A DNA stretch of 64,000 nt. Source: Candidatus Limnocylindrales bacterium (lineage in GTDB: Bacteria > Patescibacteriota > Microgenomatia > Levybacterales > UBA12049). A model generated the notes under the pieces. It was given only the letters and a program-made list of their open reading frames with translations. It ran no database searches and was not told the origin of the DNA. Position numbers and translations under genes: made by a program. Positions within the stretch are counted from its first letter, which is position 1, and the number at the start of each line of letters is the position of its first letter. Location: assembly GCA_035526025.1 (NCBI GenBank), contig DATLDE010000004.1:13011-77010 (forward strand), written 5' to 3'. Positions 60,106 through 64,000 of this stretch are shown piece by piece.

Positions 60106-60423
60106 ATGAAGGTAATAGTCAAAGACACCAATGAAATTCTGTTTGAAGGAGAAGTCGAAAGAATAAGCTCATTCAATGAAGTAGGAAAGTTTGATATTTA
60201 TCCAATGCATGCTAATTTCATTTCTATTATTCTAAAGGAACTAGCCTTATATAAAGACGATAAGCTGGTCAAGGAAATAAAACTAGAAAGAGCCATAATG
60301 AAGGTTAAGCAAGACATTGTAAGCATATTTTTAGGAATTGAGTCGCTAGTAATTGAAGATAAAATGTTAGGGGAGTCACAATCAGAAAAAAATAATCCTT
60401 CTGCAACTTCTGCAAAGAAGTAA
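60106..60423 (+). CDS. atpC: F1 ATP synthase epsilon subunit
   Basis: N-terminal beta-sandwich ...VGKFDIYPMHANFISIL; 105 aa; operon position. Confidence 0.7.
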   Translation: MKVIVKDTNEILFEGEVERISSFNEVGKFDIYPMHANFISIILKELALYKDDKLVKEIKLERAIMKVKQDIVSIFLGIESLVIEDKMLGESQSEKNNPSATSAKK

Positions 60424-61480
60424 CAAAAATATAATTTATATGCACACTTCTTCGAAAATTTAATTTATATAATTGAGCCCTACTGTAAGACATGTTTTCT
60501 AATTTGTAATCCTGTGAAAAGTACGAATAAATTAAGTGCACAATCTGTTGCTGTTTTTATGCTTTATTAAATAGTTATTTTTTGTAAAATTCTAAAAATA
60601 GGATTTTAGTTATTTTTGATATAATTACTAATAATAATTTCTGGAAATTTAGAAAAAAGTTATCCACAATATTATTTAGTTTTTAGTGGAAAAGTACAAG
60701 ACCATGTCTATTACTAATACATCTATGAAAAGGCATCAAATAAACTAATTAATACTAATGCTAAATAACTGCAATTAGACTTGTATAAATTTGATTAAGC
60801 TCATTTATTCACATGTAAGAAACTTGTATAAAATCACTATATTGAAATTTATTGTTTATTTTATTAATTTATATTTATACAGGACTTGATTGATATTATT
60901 ACAGGATTTAATCCAATAATTCGCTGGCTTTTGTCTTAATTCCCTTTTTAAGACACATTACTCTAAATATTATTTTGGAGGTGAATACTAATCTGTAATT
61001 GCCGGCTAGTTTATATTTTTTGGCTATTTACATTCGTTCTTAAATGTAAAAAAATGTCTTGTAGTATTTTATTTATTCGATATATTACCTACTTATGAAT
61101 CTATTGCATAATTCTTACTATTCAAAAACTTATATATTTATTTAGACTGTTCTGATAGTTCATTTGCTATGTCAAAATCCTTAAGCACTCTCTTGATATA
61201 GCTGCTATCCTTAAGCGTAATCAGCTTCAATTTCAAAAATTATCTTTTTCCCTCCCCTTTTATTTGATTTTGACCAATTTTATTTTCAAATTTCAAATTC
61301 TGTGAAAAATATTAATTTTTATTACAGTTTTTGTAAATTACTTAGCCTCAACTATATCATTTAGTACTTGACTACTACTATTAATAGCAAGTAATATGAA
61401 ATAAGGCTCTAAATAGTAACAGTATTTATTTTTGATTTTTTTAAAAATTTTACAAATTTAAGTCTTTCTATCAAACATTT
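60424..61480. other. 1.06-kb ORF-free, very AT-rich intergenic region with DnaA-box-like 9-mers and short direct repeats
   Basis: TTATCCACA at 60660-60668, TTATTCACA at 60805-60813, ATATGCACA at 60438-60446; direct repeat ATCCTTAAGC at about 61179 and 61207; no ORF of 60 aa or more except one antisense overlap. Confidence 0.4.
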
Positions 61481-62896
61481 ATGGATTCTGCCCGTCCAAC
61501 AAATGCAAATAATTTATTGACGTTAAAACAAGCCTCTGAGAGATTAGGTGTAACGCCTGACATACTTCTGAATTTGAATGAATACAACATTCTCAAGCCT
61601 TCGATTACTCTTTCGGGCGAAATAGGATACTCTCAGGAACAGATAATTAATTTCCTTGCAATCCAACAATTATCAGCTCAAAGAGTCATGCCTGGCGTAC
61701 CCAGTGAAAGAAATCAACAACAAATCGAAATTGCCCCTTTAAAGCCAGCAGTGCATAATATTTCGGTACAGACTAATATCCAAGCTAATACTCATTCACT
61801 TAACCTCACTGATGCGGATGCGAATGTCATGAATGCAACTCGCAATACCGTGCCTGACACCAATAAAAAAATCCGTTCTTTTCTGAAGATTTCGTCCCTT
61901 TCGTTTTTGTTTTTCCTTTCATTGTTCGCTTTCTTCATAAGAGCGGATGATGTCAGAGTTTCAAAAGAATCAGAGCTACATGGCTCTATTATCTCTCCCT
62001 CCCCTGCTCAACATCAAAATAGAATTGTAGCTTTTGACAACCCAAGCAACGAAAAAATAAATGATCTAAATGAAAATATTGCTCCATTAAATCAGGTTTT
62101 TGAGGGTGGATCAACAAACGATAATGCAAATAAAGAAATTGCCAATAATACAGAAATTCCACTGCCTGATGCAGCTCAAGAATCAAATAGCAAATCAGCT
62201 AAAAGCGACTTGGTAGACTTTGCTTCAAAGCCATCATGCCCATCATGCATGCCGGAGGATAAGGAAGTTAAATCTGTATTTGATGATAATGGCAATATCA
62301 AGGGTGAACAGCCTAAGCAAACAAACCTTTTAGCAGCCACATCAATTGGCACGACAAGAATAGATCAAGTCGACAATCAAGCAGGGCCTAAAACTAATCC
62401 GATTGTGTTTTTGGGAATTTCACTCATAGGCTTGCTGTCAATGATGTTTATTTTTAGAAATCAGATTGCTCTAGCTATGAATAAATCAGGTAGCGCTAAT
62501 CCACTACCTAATTCCTACATTGCATCAAGTAAGCCACAAAAAATTCTTGAGGTAAGCCAGAAAACAGATGGAACAGTCGTGTTACATATCCTCGGAAAAG
62601 AACACAAAATCAGTAAGCCTGAGCTTGATAGTGAATCAGATCAGTTTATCACAAGGCTAATGGAGCTAGCTCAAGATAATATCAAAGAAATCGATTATGA
62701 CACTTTGACAGACGAAACGATCAGGTTTAATGCGCCTTTAAGTAAGCTTGTTACGCGCCTGGGGTTTGTAGGCATAAAAAGAGATTTATTTTTCCCACGA
62801 ACTTCCAAGAACAAAGTACTTTTAAGGAAATACGTTACAGAACAGGATTTAATTGCTATGAGTTTAACCACCGAGCAGATTTTAAATTATCTGTAG
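61481..62896 (+). CDS. membrane protein with N-terminal HTH_17 (excisionase/MerR-like) DNA-binding domain; paralog A
   Basis: LLTLKQASERLGVTPDILLNLNEYNILKPSITLSGEIGYSQEQIINF is HTH_17-like; two TM segments; 471 aa. Confidence 0.45.
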   Translation: MDSARPTNANNLLTLKQASERLGVTPDILLNLNEYNILKPSITLSGEIGYSQEQIINFLAIQQLSAQRVMPGVPSERNQQQIEIAPLKPAVHNISVQTNIQANTHSLNLTDADANVMNATRNTVPDTNKKIRSFLKISSLSFLFFLSLFAFFIRADDVRVSKESELHGSIISPSPAQHQNRIVAFDNPSNEKINDLNENIAPLNQVFEGGSTNDNANKEIANNTEIPLPDAAQESNSKSAKSDLVDFASKPSCPSCMPEDKEVKSVFDDNGNIKGEQPKQTNLLAATSIGTTRIDQVDNQAGPKTNPIVFLGISLIGLLSMMFIFRNQIALAMNKSGSANPLPNSYIASSKPQKILEVSQKTDGTVVLHILGKEHKISKPELDSESDQFITRLMELAQDNIKEIDYDTLTDETIRFNAPLSKLVTRLGFVGIKRDLFFPRTSKNKVLLRKYVTEQDLIAMSLTTEQILNYL

Positions 62897-63037
62897 GTAA
62901 TTTTCAAGGCCAATTCCCCAGGACCACACAGGTCTACATAAGTCCCTTTGCATCTCACACAGATAACTTTTTCGTAGCTAGCATAAGCTTAATTAGTACT
63001 CGAAATTCCTATATAGGCTCATTTCGACAAAATGCAC

Positions 63038-64000
63038 ATGGATTCTGCCCGTCCAAACAATGCGCAAGACTTATTGTCTTTGAAAAAAGCTGCTAAGAAA
63101 TTAGGAGTCTCAACTGACCTACTTTTAATCTGGAACGAAAATCATATCCTCAAGCCTACGGTAACCAAAGACGGCACATTCGGCTACACAAAAGATCAAT
63201 TGGATAACTTTCTAAAACTTCGAGCCTCGCTTCAAGAGGGCGCAACTGCACAAACACAAGAGCCTGAAGCGATTAAAAAATCTCACTACAAAGCAACCGG
63301 CATCCAACAAGCTGTAGATAAATCTGAGCAAGAAGAAGCTATGCCTACAGAATCAAGCAACAAAACTCAAAATAGCCTATCTCAAAGATTCGTTTTGTGG
63401 GTAGGCAATGGATTTTACTCAGAGGCTGGAGTTAAAAATCACTTGAAATCACAAGTTACTGAATCATGGAGATTCACACCATCAAAACCTTCTCTTAGCT
63501 ACAAAAGGCCCTCCAGGAAAACACTTGCTATTTCTACAGGATTCGCATTTGTTCTAGCTATGACCTTACTAACTCAACAATATAGGATAAAATACATGTT
63601 TGAGCAGTATGAAACAGGCTCAGGAAGCTACCAGCATGGAATTGCCACACAAGACGTACTAGGCACACAAACAAGTAAATTAAAACTAGTCGGCAGTGTA
63701 ATATTTAGAATACCTGTCAATGTTAAGGACAAAGTTACGATAGGGAAAACCCTTGAAGTTAAGGGTAAAAGTGTTTTTAGAGACAATATTACGGCCCCAA
63801 ATATTATTTATGGCATAAAGGCAGGACAAAACGTGGTCATAACTGGGGCTGCAAGCCAGACACCGACAATATCTGTTTCCCTACCTGATACTGTAGCTTC
63901 ATTTCAGGGAGAAACAGGTGAAATTGTACTTCAGGCAGGCGAGGATATTGAAATAAGTGGTTTAACTATCAGCGACAAATCAACTCTTGAGTCTGTTGTT
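63038..64000 (+). CDS. paralog B of the HTH_17-membrane protein (3' end beyond window), with a C-terminal beta-repeat region
   Basis: MDSARPNNAQDLLSLKKAAKKLGVSTDLLLIWNENHILKP...; the first 20 nt (ATGGATTCTGCCCGTCCAA) are identical to paralog A; one TM (LAISTGFAFVLAMTLL); frame open to the window end. Confidence 0.45.
   Translation, partial: MDSARPNNAQDLLSLKKAAKKLGVSTDLLLIWNENHILKPTVTKDGTFGYTKDQLDNFLKLRASLQEGATAQTQEPEAIKKSHYKATGIQQAVDKSEQEEAMPTESSNKTQNSLSQRFVLWVGNGFYSEAGVKNHLKSQVTESWRFTPSKPSLSYKRPSRKTLAISTGFAFVLAMTLLTQQYRIKYMFEQYETGSGSYQHGIATQDVLGTQTSKLKLVGSVIFRIPVNVKDKVTIGKTLEVKGKSVFRDNITAPNIIYGIKAGQNVVITGAASQTPTISVSLPDTVASFQGETGEIVLQAGEDIEISGLTISDKSTLESVV

Noticed and set aside
60424-61480. 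CRISPR array or other tandem repeat in the ORF-free AT-rich region
   Set aside because: There are no regularly spaced direct repeats of 25-40 bp, only two 10-bp repeats and scattered A/T tracts.
60424-61480. Calling this region oriC
   Set aside because: Only two or three DnaA-box-like 9-mers are present, no dnaA/dnaN is adjacent, and GC skew cannot be assessed in one window. Kept as a low-confidence finding rather than a feature call.

Overview
This is a 64-kb stretch of an AT-rich bacterial chromosome (about one-third GC by eye). Gene content is compatible with a small-genome Patescibacteria/CPR-like or other low-GC bacterium; the lineage call is an inference. Most genes are short and tightly packed, and many carry an extended -10 box (TGnTATAAT or TATATT) ending 6-7 nt before the ATG, which implies leaderless mRNAs. 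A minority of genes instead have a near-identical Shine-Dalgarno block, GGAGGTGATTA. The window contains, in order: (i) an accessory 'small-molecule modification/detox' cluster at 0-6 kb (DUF72, two GNATs, a SET domain, two VOC proteins, SRPBCC, SGNH hydrolase, and a frameshifted DAGK-like lipid kinase); (ii) a copper homeostasis locus at 7.8-12.8 kb (CsoR with a palindromic operator, DUF305, cupredoxin-like proteins, an HXXEE membrane protein, CopA, CopZ); (iii) housekeeping genes (PBP1A, rpe, rpiB, SpoIID/LytB, smpB plus tmRNA, comF); (iv) a 4.8-kb accessory segment between two long-variable-arm tRNAs (28.8-33.7 kb) holding uncharacterised proteins, among them a PD-(D/E)xK-motif protein, a MazF/ToxN-like protein, an HExxH membrane protein and a pentapeptide-repeat protein; (v) a PAS histidine kinase and hsp20 with a CIRCE-like operator, a secreted-protein gene interrupted by an in-frame TAG, and two large soluble HExxH-motif proteins flanking a DUF1189 gene; (vi) rpoD-dnaG, a redox/CcdA/P-type ATPase operon, and an F-type ATP synthase operon whose membrane sector is non-canonical (no a-subunit gene; the c-like hairpin is fused to a secreted domain and lacks the ion-binding carboxylate); (vii) a 1-kb ORF-free AT-rich region followed by two tandem paralogous HTH-membrane proteins. 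There is no CRISPR array, rRNA, or clear transposase/integrase.
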